Source of the DNA: Candidatus Omnitrophota bacterium
Lineage (GTDB): Bacteria; Omnitrophota; Gorgyraeia; JABMRN01; RBG-13-46-9
Direction: 5' to 3'
Assembly: GCA_030605095.1 (NCBI GenBank)
Contig: JAUWBJ010000003.1
Span: 1-45,042 of the forward strand
DNA: 45,042 bases
The notes under the pieces are model-generated. The model was given only the letters and a program-made list of their open reading frames with translations, had not been told where the DNA came from and did not search any database. This document shows, in pieces, positions 9,176 to 18,648 of this stretch. The translations under genes were made by a program, and so were the position numbers. Position 1 is the first letter of the stretch, and each line of letters starts with the position of its first letter.

Positions 9176-9835
9176 ATGAGGAAAATTCCGAGAATCAAAA
9201 TCGCACCGAGTTTATTATCTGCTGATTTCCGCTACCTTGCCTCCGAGATTAAAAGAGCAGAAGCCGCAAGCGCGGATATGCTGCACGTGGACGTTATGGA
9301 CGGCTGTTTCGTTGGGAATATAACATTAGGCCCATTCATCGTGCGAGCCATGCGAAAGGCAGCAAACCTTCCTATCATAGCGCACTTAATGATAAAAAAT
9401 CCCGAGAAGTATGTGGAAAAATTCGCCAAAGCAGGAAGCGACATGATTATTTTCCATATCGAAGCCACAAAAAATCCTAAAGGCCTTATCCGTCACATAA
9501 AAAGACTTAAGAAAAAAGTAGGCGTTTCTATAAAACCGAAGACAAAAGTAAGCTCTATAAGGAGTCTCTTTCCGCTTGTTGACGAAGTGCTTGTTATGAC
9601 GGTGGAACCGGGTTTTGGCGGACAGAAGTTTATGCGAGGGCCCCTTTCCAAGATAAAAGAAATCAGAAAGAGTTACCGCGGGGATATCGGTGTCGACGGC
9701 GGGATTAACTACGAAAACGCAAAGCTTGCCGCCTCATTGGGCGCGAATGTTTTCATTGCAGGGACATATTTATTCGGCTCAACGGATATGAAAAAACTTG
9801 TCCGTAAATTGAAAAACATAGAATATGCGGACTGA
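9176..9835 (+). CDS. rpe: Ribulose-phosphate 3-epimerase
   Basis: IAPSLLSADF, HVDVMDG and VMTVEPGFGGQKF motifs. Confidence 0.9.
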   Translation: MRKIPRIKIAPSLLSADFRYLASEIKRAEAASADMLHVDVMDGCFVGNITLGPFIVRAMRKAANLPIIAHLMIKNPEKYVEKFAKAGSDMIIFHIEATKNPKGLIRHIKRLKKKVGVSIKPKTKVSSIRSLFPLVDEVLVMTVEPGFGGQKFMRGPLSKIKEIRKSYRGDIGVDGGINYENAKLAASLGANVFIAGTYLFGSTDMKKLVRKLKNIEYAD

Positions 9836-10931
9836 GGTTAAGATAAACACGCTTGAAAGGCTTGCCGAGAAAGGACAGAGCCCCTGGTATGACAATATAG
9901 ACAGGCGGTTTATAAAAAACGGGCATCTCAAAGAATTATTTGATAATGGGATTTTAGGCGTTACCTCCAACCCGACAATCTTTGAAAAAGCCGTAGCGGG
10001 TTCCGATGAATATGATAGGGAAATAAAAGAACTTGCCAGACAGGGTAAAAATTCTCGTCAAATCTATGACGTTTTGACTGTAAAAGATGTATCTCTCGCC
10101 GCCGACCTATTAAGAAATACATACCAGAGTTCAAATCATCTCGACGGTTACGTCAGCATAGAAGTCTTGCCTGAATTCGCGCACAATCCCGAAAAAACGA
10201 TTGAAAGTGCGCGTGAAATTGCCGGTAGAATTGCCATGCCTAATATTATGATTAAGATTCCTGGAACTAAGGATGCCCCGGAAGCCATACGCGCATTGAT
10301 AAAAGAAGGAATAAATGTGAATGTAACGCTTTTATTTTCTGTCAGGCAATACGAAATTTGCAGAATGGCGTATATTGAAGGTTTGAAGGAAAGATTAAAA
10401 GAAGACAAGGATATTAAAAATATTTTTTCTGTAGCAAGTATTTTTGTAAGCCGCGTTGATACTAAGGTAGATAAAATTCTTGAAGGTATCGAGAACGAAG
10501 AATTGAAAGGCAAAATAGCCGTCGCTAACGCGAAAGTAATTTATCAAAGTTTTAAGGAGTTCTTTAGTAGCGAAGAATTTCGCCGGTTAGATTCAAAGGG
10601 CGCGAATGTCCAGCGCCCTCTCTGGGCATCGACGAGCACAAAAAATCCCGTTTATAGTGATGTAAAATACGTCGAAGAGCTTATCGGTTCACAAACCATA
10701 AATACAATACCGCCTCATACCATCAATGCTTTTCTTGACCACGGAAAGGTGGAATTAACGATTGAAAATCAACTCGACAAGGCAAAATCCTACCTCATCA
10801 GACTAAAGGCGCTTGGCATAGATATAGACGACGTCTGCCAGCAAATCCAGGATGCCGGCGTCAGGGCCTTCCAGGATTCCTTCGACAAACTAATCCTTTC
10901 CATCGAAAGGAAGCTGAATGAACCGGGTTGA
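9825..10931 (+). CDS. tal: Transaldolase (long form)
   Basis: QSPWYDNI, GVTSNPTIF and IKIPGT active-site region. Confidence 0.85.
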   Translation: MRTEVKINTLERLAEKGQSPWYDNIDRRFIKNGHLKELFDNGILGVTSNPTIFEKAVAGSDEYDREIKELARQGKNSRQIYDVLTVKDVSLAADLLRNTYQSSNHLDGYVSIEVLPEFAHNPEKTIESAREIAGRIAMPNIMIKIPGTKDAPEAIRALIKEGINVNVTLLFSVRQYEICRMAYIEGLKERLKEDKDIKNIFSVASIFVSRVDTKVDKILEGIENEELKGKIAVANAKVIYQSFKEFFSSEEFRRLDSKGANVQRPLWASTSTKNPVYSDVKYVEELIGSQTINTIPPHTINAFLDHGKVELTIENQLDKAKSYLIRLKALGIDIDDVCQQIQDAGVRAFQDSFDKLILSIERKLNEPG

Positions 10932-10960
10932 TACGTGAATTTACGCATCAACCCGGTTCA
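10919..10960 (+). promoter_or_regulatory. 14-bp perfect inverted repeat straddling the tal stop codon
   Basis: TGAACCGGGTTGAT-14 nt-ATCAACCCGGTTCA, followed by an A-run rather than a U-run. Function unknown. Confidence 0.4.
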
Positions 10961-10969
10961 AAAAACCAC

Positions 10970-12754
10970 ATGAAAGATACATTCGATATTATCGTTGTAG
11001 GCGGAGGGCATGCCGGTTGCGAAGCTGCATTAGCAAGTGCGCGACTCGGCTGTAAAACGCTACTTATTACGCTGAAGATAGACAGGATCGGTTTTATGTC
11101 CTGCAATCCTGCGATAGGCGGTGTTGGCAAGGGTCAGCTCGTCAAGGAGATAGATGCTTTAGGCGGAGAAATGGCAAAAGCCATCGATGCTACGCTTATA
11201 CAATTCCGGATGTTAAATGCGTCTAAAGGTTACGCGGCGAGGTCTTCACGCGCTCAGGCAGACCGCAAAAGATACAATATATATATGCGGGATACCGTCC
11301 TTTCCGAAGAGGGGTTGGACGTTTTAGAGGATGAGGCGATAGGCATTCATGTTGAGAATGGAATTTCCAGAGGGGTGAAAACAAAAAGGCATGGATTGAT
11401 ATCTTCTAAAGCAGTCGTCTTGACGCCGGGCACATTTACAAACGGCGTAATACACATAGGACACGAACATTTTCAGGGCGGCAGGATGGGAGAAAATGCA
11501 TCTTTCGAATTATCTAAAGCGCTCTCGAATCTCGGTTTCAAGATGATGAGGTTAAGTACGTGCACTACGCCGCGTTTGGACGGGAAGACAATAGATTTTT
11601 CAAAGTTGGACGCCCAGGAAGGCGATAAAGAAATTATTCCGTTTTCATTCTGGACAGAAAAAATCGATATAATACAGAAGCCGTGTTTCGTGGCGCGCAC
11701 CAACAGCCGCACCCATGATATAATAAAAAAGAATTTGAAATCTTCGATATTTTATTCGGGAAAAATAAATTCCGGAGGTGTCAGGTATTGCCCTTCTATA
11801 GAAGATAAGATTGTAAGGTTTCAGGATAAGAGCTCTCATGTACTTTTTATCGAACCGGAAGGAATCGATACCGACGAGTATTACGCAAACGGAATCTTTA
11901 CCGCTTTCCCTCATGATGTCCAGGAGGAGATCGTCCACAGCATACGTGGACTGGAAAAAGCCAAGTTTACCAAACCCGGCTACGGTATAGAATACGACGT
12001 TGTTGACACAACCCAGCTTGAAGCCACGCTTGAAGTAAAGTCTATCAGGAATTTCTTTTTAGCGGGCCAGATAAACGGAACAACAGGTTATGAAGAGGCG
12101 GCAAGCCTCGGGCTTATGGCCGGTATTAACGCGGCGGGAAAGATAAAGAAGAAAAAACCTCTCATACTTGATAGGTCTCAGGCGTACATAGGCGTTTTAA
12201 TAGATGACCTTGTTACCAAAGGAACGAGCGAGCCATACAGGATGTTTACATCCCGCGTTGAGTATAGATTGACCGTTCGGGAGGACAATGCCACTACACG
12301 GCTTAGCAAGATAGGTCATTCTATCGGCCTTCTTTCCAAAGAAAAGTTAATGGGACTTGAGAAGAACAAAGAAGAGATCGAGGATATAAAGAAGAGATTG
12401 AAATCAGCGCCTGCTCTGGCCAAATTATTGAAAAGAACGGGTATAACCTTTAAAGATATAATGGAAATGGCCGGCTGGAAAGACAACTTTTCCTATCATG
12501 TGAAGACACAGGTCGAGGTCGATATAAAATACCAGGGTTATATCAGAAGAGAGCTCTCCTATGTGAACAAGTTTAAAAAAATCGAAAGAATACATATGCC
12601 GGAAAATTTTGATTATTCGGGGATATCCGGGCTTTCGAATGAGATAAAGGAGAAACTGTCAAGGTTTAAGCCGAAATCCCTGGGCCAGGCCTCGAGGATA
12701 TCCGGCGTAACACCGGTTGCGATATCGCTACTTATGGTGAAATTGCGCCGATAA
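10970..12754 (+). CDS. mnmG: tRNA uridine-5-carboxymethylaminomethyl(34) synthesis enzyme MnmG
   Basis: FDIIVVGGGHAGCEAA FAD motif near the N-terminus, with family-wide similarity. The track start 10928 lies in the hairpin and overlaps tal, so ATG 10970 is preferred. Confidence 0.9.
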   Translation: MKDTFDIIVVGGGHAGCEAALASARLGCKTLLITLKIDRIGFMSCNPAIGGVGKGQLVKEIDALGGEMAKAIDATLIQFRMLNASKGYAARSSRAQADRKRYNIYMRDTVLSEEGLDVLEDEAIGIHVENGISRGVKTKRHGLISSKAVVLTPGTFTNGVIHIGHEHFQGGRMGENASFELSKALSNLGFKMMRLSTCTTPRLDGKTIDFSKLDAQEGDKEIIPFSFWTEKIDIIQKPCFVARTNSRTHDIIKKNLKSSIFYSGKINSGGVRYCPSIEDKIVRFQDKSSHVLFIEPEGIDTDEYYANGIFTAFPHDVQEEIVHSIRGLEKAKFTKPGYGIEYDVVDTTQLEATLEVKSIRNFFLAGQINGTTGYEEAASLGLMAGINAAGKIKKKKPLILDRSQAYIGVLIDDLVTKGTSEPYRMFTSRVEYRLTVREDNATTRLSKIGHSIGLLSKEKLMGLEKNKEEIEDIKKRLKSAPALAKLLKRTGITFKDIMEMAGWKDNFSYHVKTQVEVDIKYQGYIRRELSYVNKFKKIERIHMPENFDYSGISGLSNEIKEKLSRFKPKSLGQASRISGVTPVAISLLMVKLRR

Positions 12755-12768
12755 AAGGTTATAAAATT

Positions 12769-13335
12769 ATGCAGAAAAGAGTCTGCGTATTCGGCAGTTA
12801 TAAAGATTTAGGCAAAAAAGAGAAAAAGAATGTTGTAAAGCTCGGCAGGCTTCTTGCCGAAAAAGGATTTGAAGTCGTATCCGGCGGCTTCGGCGGAACT
12901 ATGGAAGATGTATCAAAAGGCGCGAAAGAAGCTGGCGGAAAGACGATAGGCGTTACCTACTATAAATGGAAAGACGCGCCTTACAAAAAGCCAAATAGAT
13001 ATATTGATAAAGAGATAAGAACGAAAGATATTTTTGAAAGAATAGACGCGATGATAAAAAGTTCCGACGCATTTATTGTCCTTCCCGGAGGGACAGGCAC
13101 GCTTCTCGAACTGGCAGCGTGTCTGGAGCATATCAATAAGGGCCTGATGAAGCCAAAACCGATAATAGCCCTCGGTAATTTCTGGAAAGATACCCTTGAA
13201 AAACTCGCCAACGAGCCCGTCTTAAGCGAAGAGGCGCGCTCCGCACGGAATGCCCTTTCCTGCCGCGATTTGGTTACGTTTGTAGATACAGTCGAGCAAG
13301 TAATAGAGAAAATAGTTTCACAAGAAAGCGCCTGA
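12769..13335 (+). CDS. LOG / TIGR00725 family protein
   Basis: GGxGGxM and PGGTGTLLE motifs. Confidence 0.7.
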   Translation: MQKRVCVFGSYKDLGKKEKKNVVKLGRLLAEKGFEVVSGGFGGTMEDVSKGAKEAGGKTIGVTYYKWKDAPYKKPNRYIDKEIRTKDIFERIDAMIKSSDAFIVLPGGTGTLLELAACLEHINKGLMKPKPIIALGNFWKDTLEKLANEPVLSEEARSARNALSCRDLVTFVDTVEQVIEKIVSQESA

Positions 13336-13339
13336 TACC

Positions 13340-13366
13340 CCTTCCGAACCGGGGCGGTTCGGAAGG
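13340..13366 (+). terminator. Hairpin after the LOG-family gene (possible intrinsic terminator)
   Basis: CCTTCCGAACCG-GGG-CGGTTCGGAAGG followed by CGGTTTCCC, a short T-tract. Confidence 0.45.
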
Positions 13367-13389
13367 CGGTTTCCCTTACTTAATTCCGC

Positions 13390-13418
13390 TTGTAATTTAT
13401 CCTCACTTATGTTAAAAT
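13390..13418 (+). promoter_or_regulatory. Sigma70-like promoter candidate (TTGTAA-17-TAAAAT with TGT extended -10)
   Basis: Located between the hairpin and purH. It is the only sizeable gap before the roughly 15-kb run of closely spaced genes ending at acsC. Confidence 0.45.
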
Positions 13419-13481
13419 TTTCTCCTGCTGCTATTGGTATAATTATATCCATAATAGATATATATCAGAGGGAGAAAAGAA

Positions 13482-15053
13482 ATGGTAAAGATTAAAAGGG
13501 CGTTAATCAGCGTATCCGATAAGACCGGCATCGAAGATTTAGCGAAAACACTTAACGGATTCAGCGTGGAAATTCTATCCACGGGTGGGACAGCCAAGAA
13601 AATAAAGGATTTAGGCATATCCGTTAAAGACGTCTCCCAATATACCGGATTTCCGGAGATGATGGACGGACGGGTAAAAACGCTCCATCCGAAGATACAC
13701 GGCGGACTCCTCGCACTTAGAAAAAATAAAGAGCACATGCTCGTGGCAAAGAAACACGGCATAGGCATGATAGATATGGTCGTCGTAAATCTTTACCCGT
13801 TTGAGAAGACAATTGCAAAGGTTAACGTAACGCTTGAAGAAGCGATAGAAAATATAGATATAGGCGGCCCTTCTATGCTGAGGAGTGCGGCAAAAAATTA
13901 TAAATCAGTAGCTGTAGTTACAAACCCCGCGAAATACCCCGATATAATAAAAGAACTTAAAGAGAATAACGGCTCGCTTTCCGAAGCAACTCTTAAAGAG
14001 TTATCGGTTGAGGTTTTCAAACGGACATCAGAGTATGATAGCGCGATATATAGGTACTTAGCTCAGAGCTCAGAGCTTCGAGCTCAGAGTTCTGAGCGGA
14101 TGCCGAAGATGCTGAGTTTGAATTTCGAAAAAGTACAAAGTTTACGATACGGCGAAAATCCACACCAGGAAGCAGCGTTTTATAAGGAGCCGTCTTCCGG
14201 GGAATCCGGGATATGTAACGCCAACCAGCTTCAGGGAAAAGAATTATCGTTTAATAACATTTTAGATTTAAACGCCGCGATTGAGATAGTTAAGGATTTT
14301 GACAAACCCGCTGCCAGCGTCATAAAACATACAAATCCCTGCGGCGCGGCAGTAGCGGAGACTTTATCCCAGGCTTACGTAGATGCCCTGGAGTGTGATA
14401 GATTAAGCGCCTTCGGAAGCATAGTAGGCTTTAATGGCCGGGTAGATAAAGGCCTTGCCGAAGCCGTGATGAAAGAAGCGGATTTTGTAGAATGTATCAT
14501 AGCGCCTTCTTTTGACAATGATGCGAAAGAAATTTTTTTAAGGAAAAAGAACTTGCGGCTTCTGGAAGTGCCCGGCTTTAAAAGGACAAGCGAAAAGGAG
14601 CTGGATTATAAAAAGGTAGTTGGCGGACTTTTAGCCCAGGATATGGATTTAAAGATTGCGCAAAAAAGCGAATTTAAAATACCTACCAGAAGAAAGCCTT
14701 CGAGAAATGAGCTGGAATATCTTTTATTCGGGTGGAAGGTTGTAAAGCACGTAAAAAGTAACGCCATAGTATTGTGTAACGGAACAAAAACCGTGGGCAT
14801 AGGCGCCGGGCAGATGTCAAGGGTTGATTCGGTAATTATCGCCTGCCGAAAAGCAGGGAGAAAATCCCGGGGTTCTGTTATGGCAAGCGACGCATTTTTC
14901 CCCAAACCGGACGCAATAACCCAGGCCCATCGGGCGGGAATAAAATCCATAATCCAGCCAGGCGGCTCGAAGGCTGATGAGGATATAATCAATGCCTGTA
15001 ACAAATACGGCATTGCCATGGTACTTACGGGAATAAGACATTTCAAACACTAA
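13482..15053 (+). CDS. purH: Bifunctional IMP cyclohydrolase / AICAR formyltransferase
   Basis: The N-terminal MGS-like domain ([18 protein letters not shown]) and the C-terminal AICARFT domain are readily recognisable. Confidence 0.95.
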   Translation: MVKIKRALISVSDKTGIEDLAKTLNGFSVEILSTGGTAKKIKDLGISVKDVSQYTGFPEMMDGRVKTLHPKIHGGLLALRKNKEHMLVAKKHGIGMIDMVVVNLYPFEKTIAKVNVTLEEAIENIDIGGPSMLRSAAKNYKSVAVVTNPAKYPDIIKELKENNGSLSEATLKELSVEVFKRTSEYDSAIYRYLAQSSELRAQSSERMPKMLSLNFEKVQSLRYGENPHQEAAFYKEPSSGESGICNANQLQGKELSFNNILDLNAAIEIVKDFDKPAASVIKHTNPCGAAVAETLSQAYVDALECDRLSAFGSIVGFNGRVDKGLAEAVMKEADFVECIIAPSFDNDAKEIFLRKKNLRLLEVPGFKRTSEKELDYKKVVGGLLAQDMDLKIAQKSEFKIPTRRKPSRNELEYLLFGWKVVKHVKSNAIVLCNGTKTVGIGAGQMSRVDSVIIACRKAGRKSRGSVMASDAFFPKPDAITQAHRAGIKSIIQPGGSKADEDIINACNKYGIAMVLTGIRHFKH

Positions 15054-15060
15054 ACGACGA

Positions 15061-15615
15061 ATGGATAAAAAAAAGATAGCAAAAGCGATACGGATGGTAC
15101 TGGAGGCGGTGGGGGAAAACCCCAAGAGGGCTGACCTTCTAGGCACACCCAAAAGGGTAGCTGAAATGTACGAAGAGGTCCTAAACGGAACGAAAAAAGA
15201 CCCCCGCCAGGAACTCGAAATACTCTTATCGCAAGACCACGACGAGATAGTTCTTTTAAAAGATATTCCGTTATATTCTTTGTGTGAACACCATCTGCTG
15301 CCGTTTATTGGCAAAGTTCATGTAGCATATGTTCCGCAAGGGAATCGAGTAACGGGTTTAAGTAAACTTGTGAGAGTCATAGATATATTGGCAAAACGGC
15401 TTCAAGTCCAGGAGCGGCTTACCACTCAAATAGCCGATGTTATCATGAAGAAACTCAGACCCAAAGGCGTAATGGTGGTAATCGAAGCAGAGCACCTTTG
15501 TATGAGTATGAGGGGAGTTAAGAAACCCGGAGTTACAACTATAACAAGCGCCGTAAGAGGCGTATTCAGAACCAATTCGAAAACAAGAGCCGAAACATTA
15601 GCGCTAATAAAATGA
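15061..15615 (+). CDS. folE: GTP cyclohydrolase I
   Basis: [10 protein letters not shown] and QVQERLT motifs. Confidence 0.95.
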   Translation: MDKKKIAKAIRMVLEAVGENPKRADLLGTPKRVAEMYEEVLNGTKKDPRQELEILLSQDHDEIVLLKDIPLYSLCEHHLLPFIGKVHVAYVPQGNRVTGLSKLVRVIDILAKRLQVQERLTTQIADVIMKKLRPKGVMVVIEAEHLCMSMRGVKKPGVTTITSAVRGVFRTNSKTRAETLALIK

Positions 15616-16298
15616 AGAGAAAAATTATTACACAGATAGGTTCGTTGCCATTAGAAGATGTAGGCGAAGCCGTAGCGTACAGTCTGAAACATGACATTCC
15701 CTTTTTGCCCGAGCTTCCGAAAAGAGGGGATGCCATGCTGGAATATATTAAACAGCCGGGGAACTTAAGTTGCCTGAAAGAATTTAAAAAACATAAATTT
15801 GAGACAGTAAAGATTCAATGCGTAGGGCCGGCGACCTTGATGCTCGCCGGACATAAGAAAGATGATGCTATAGAGAGAACTTATGAGCATATCTCCCGCG
15901 TGGTAGAAGGCCTGGAAGCTTCCGAGATAATACTTTTTCTTGACGAGCCGGCTTTAGGGCATTCCGGCGTAAATTTTGCAGAATTATGGGAAGCGCTCTT
16001 TTCGAGCTTCAATGTTGTACGCGGTGTACATACCTGCGGGAATATGGATTGGGATAAGTTATTTGATTCCGGCATCGAAATCATAAGCTTCGATGCCTCT
16101 AAATATAATCTTACCAAATATTCGAAATACAGAAAAGGCAAAAGGATTTCGTGGGGCGTGGAGAAAAAAGAGGACGTTAAGGATTTTAAAGAGGGCGATT
16201 TATTGACATTGCCCTGCGGGATGGGTTCACCTTTGTATAAGGCCGAGGATTGCGAGAAAAACTTAAAGAAACTACAAAAAATTGCCGGAGAAATATGA
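15612..16298 (+). CDS. Uncharacterised 228-aa protein with MetE / MT2-like (Zn methyltransferase) motifs
   Basis: [26 protein letters not shown] and LPCGMG. ATGA overlaps at both ends couple it to folE and fhs. Confidence 0.4.
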   Translation: MKRKIITQIGSLPLEDVGEAVAYSLKHDIPFLPELPKRGDAMLEYIKQPGNLSCLKEFKKHKFETVKIQCVGPATLMLAGHKKDDAIERTYEHISRVVEGLEASEIILFLDEPALGHSGVNFAELWEALFSSFNVVRGVHTCGNMDWDKLFDSGIEIISFDASKYNLTKYSKYRKGKRISWGVEKKEDVKDFKEGDLLTLPCGMGSPLYKAEDCEKNLKKLQKIAGEI

Positions 16299-18001
16299 AA
16301 AAAGTACCACCAGATTTAGAAATTGCCCAAAAGGCTAAATTAAAACCGATTACTGAAATAGCAAAACGGCTCGGCATTTTAGATAAAGAAATAGAGCTGT
16401 ACGGAAAATATATGGCCAAGATCTCGCTTGGCCTCCTGAAGCGGCTAAAAAAGAAGCCCAATGGCAAATTTGTTACCGTAACAGCGATTACCCCAACTCC
16501 GCTTGGGGAAGGTAAAACCGTAACTGCTTTTGGCCTTGGCCAGGCATTGGCAAAAATAGGAAAGAGGGTTTGTAATACCTGCCGTCAGCCTTCCAAGGGG
16601 CCGACCTTCGGGATTAAGGGCGGGGCATGCGGGGGTGGATACTCGCAGGTTCTTCCGATGGAAGATATCAACCTCCATTTTACCGGCGATGTCCATGCCA
16701 TGGAAACAGCGCATAATCTTTTGGCCGCATCTATAGACGCCCATATACTCCATGGCAACAAATTGAACATAGATCCTACCAATATTACCTGGCGCAGATG
16801 CGAGGACATAAGTGATAGCATATTAAGGGAAATTGCCATCGGATTGGATAAAACGATAAGGGGATACCCGAGAAGGACAGGTTATGATATAACAGTTGCC
16901 ACCGAAACCATGGCTATCATGGCCTTGACTACAGGGCTTTTTGACCTCAGGAAGCGGCTCGGTAGAATTGTTATAGGATTTGCGCATAACGGAAAACCGG
17001 TTACAGCGGAGAGCCTTAAAATGGCAGGCGCAATGTGCGTTTTGTTAAAAAATGCCATAAAACCAAATCTGGTACAGACCACGGAAAATACACCTGTTTT
17101 TAACCATTGCGGCCCTTTTGCAAATGTCGCTCACGGCAATAATTCCGCGCTGGCAGATATGATGGCCCTGAAACTGGCGGACTATGTCGTTACTGAAAGC
17201 GGCTTCGGAGCGGACTGCGGCTTTGAAAAATTGGTAAATGTGAAATGCAGACAGAGTGGCCTTAAATTAGACGGTGCTGTTATCGTGGCCACTGTTCGGG
17301 CTTTAAAGATGCACGGCGACGCTTTTAAAATGAGGCCCGGCATTGCCCCGGATAAGAAACTTATTGCCAAACCGAATATGGAAGCCCTGGAAAAAGGGTG
17401 TGAGAATTTAGCCAAGCAGATCGAAAACGTGCATATCCACGGAGTGCCCGTTGTTGTAGCTATTAATCGATTTACTACTGATACCAATGAAGAAATAGAA
17501 TTCGTTCGAAAGAAAGCGGTTGAGCTTGGCGCAGAAAACGCTTGTGTATCAGAGGTGTGGGAGAAAGGCGGAAAAGGCGGGATTCAACTTGCCAGGGCAG
17601 TAGTGAAGATGCTTGATAAACCGCATAAGATGAAATTGCTTTATAGAAATAACATTCCTATAAAAAAGAAGATAGAAATTGTCGCAACCAAGATTTACGG
17701 AGCCAGCGGCGTTGATTATTTGCCGCTAGCGGAAGAGAGAATAAAGTTATATACAAAACTTGGTTACAGTAGATTTCCGATTAATATGGCAAAAACGCAT
17801 CTTTCTCTTTCACACGACCCGAAGGTGAAAGGGGCGCCTAAGAATTTCAGGATACCTATTCGGGATGTCCGCGCCTCTGTAGGGGCAGGATTTCTCTATC
17901 CCGTTTTAGGAGCGATGCGTACAATGCCGGGGCTTCCTTCCGTTCCGGCGGCAACCAAGGTGGATATTGATAGGAATGGAAAAACAATAGGATTATTTTA
18001 A
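16295..18001 (+). CDS. fhs: Formate--tetrahydrofolate ligase
   Basis: DLEIAQ, TPTPLGEGKT and GPTFGIKGGA motifs. ATG 16295 overlaps the upstream stop as ATGA; the track start 16250 would overlap the previous gene by 49 nt. Confidence 0.95.
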   Translation: MKKVPPDLEIAQKAKLKPITEIAKRLGILDKEIELYGKYMAKISLGLLKRLKKKPNGKFVTVTAITPTPLGEGKTVTAFGLGQALAKIGKRVCNTCRQPSKGPTFGIKGGACGGGYSQVLPMEDINLHFTGDVHAMETAHNLLAASIDAHILHGNKLNIDPTNITWRRCEDISDSILREIAIGLDKTIRGYPRRTGYDITVATETMAIMALTTGLFDLRKRLGRIVIGFAHNGKPVTAESLKMAGAMCVLLKNAIKPNLVQTTENTPVFNHCGPFANVAHGNNSALADMMALKLADYVVTESGFGADCGFEKLVNVKCRQSGLKLDGAVIVATVRALKMHGDAFKMRPGIAPDKKLIAKPNMEALEKGCENLAKQIENVHIHGVPVVVAINRFTTDTNEEIEFVRKKAVELGAENACVSEVWEKGGKGGIQLARAVVKMLDKPHKMKLLYRNNIPIKKKIEIVATKIYGASGVDYLPLAEERIKLYTKLGYSRFPINMAKTHLSLSHDPKVKGAPKNFRIPIRDVRASVGAGFLYPVLGAMRTMPGLPSVPAATKVDIDRNGKTIGLF

Positions 18002-18002
18002 A

Positions 18003-18629
18003 ATGTGCAAGGATTCACTGAAAAAGTATTTGGATGATTTAGCAAGTAAAAAACCCGCCCCGGGTGGAGGAAGCGCAAGCGCCCTCGTTGGCGCCACAGG
18101 CGCGGCCCTACTCGGCAAGGTAGTAAATTTTACGGTGGGAAAGGAAAAGTATAAAGGTGTTGAAAAAGAAATGACAGATATTTTAGAACGTTCGGAAGCG
18201 CTCCGCGAGAATTTCGCGAGGTTATGTTCCGAAGATGCCACAGCGTATAAGAAATTGTCCGATGCTTTCAAATTGCCTAAAGACGATAAAAATCGCAAAA
18301 AGAAAATCCAGGAAGCGCTAAAAGAAGCTACAGGCGTGCCTTTTGAAATTTGTAAAGCCGCTCACGAAGGCATTAAGATGGCTCTCCTGGTGGCGCAGAA
18401 GGGAAATGTTAATCTCATAACTGATGCAGGCATCGCAAGCCTCATGCTAAGATGCGCCTTTCAATCGGGCCTTTTAAATGTGGAGATAAATCTTAAGAGT
18501 ATTACGGATAACGAATTTATTATGAACTTGAGAAAAATTCTCGAGCCGATGGAGAAGGAAGTAGATGCCGTTAATCAGGAAGTTGTAAGAGAAGTCGAAA
18601 GTCAACTGAAAGGGGAGAGAGCCACCTAA
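18003..18629 (+). CDS. fchA: Cyclodeaminase/cyclohydrolase family protein (methenyl-THF cyclohydrolase FchA-like)
   Basis: The PAPGGGSASAL motif is typical of the FTCD C-terminal / FchA family. It sits in the fhs-fchA-metF-folD context. Confidence 0.8.
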   Translation: MCKDSLKKYLDDLASKKPAPGGGSASALVGATGAALLGKVVNFTVGKEKYKGVEKEMTDILERSEALRENFARLCSEDATAYKKLSDAFKLPKDDKNRKKKIQEALKEATGVPFEICKAAHEGIKMALLVAQKGNVNLITDAGIASLMLRCAFQSGLLNVEINLKSITDNEFIMNLRKILEPMEKEVDAVNQEVVREVESQLKGERAT

Positions 18630-18648
18630 AAGGGGAGGGTTAGGTAGA

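Noticed and set aside
13336-13481. Possible ZTP or THF riboswitch upstream of purH/folE/fhs.
   Set aside because: Such riboswitches often precede these genes. However, I could not find the conserved ZTP core elements or a THF-like fold by eye. The region is better explained by a hairpin plus a promoter. An Infernal/Rfam scan would be decisive.
16250-16294. N-terminal extensions proposed by the ORF track for fhs (16250), mnmG (10928), glgC (6056), the flavoprotein (38724), RACo (28659) and the Fe-ADH (40234).
   Set aside because: The extensions overlap upstream genes or hairpins, or use non-ATG codons. Internal ATGs give N-termini that match the family pattern and give ATGA/TGATG coupling or a better SD.
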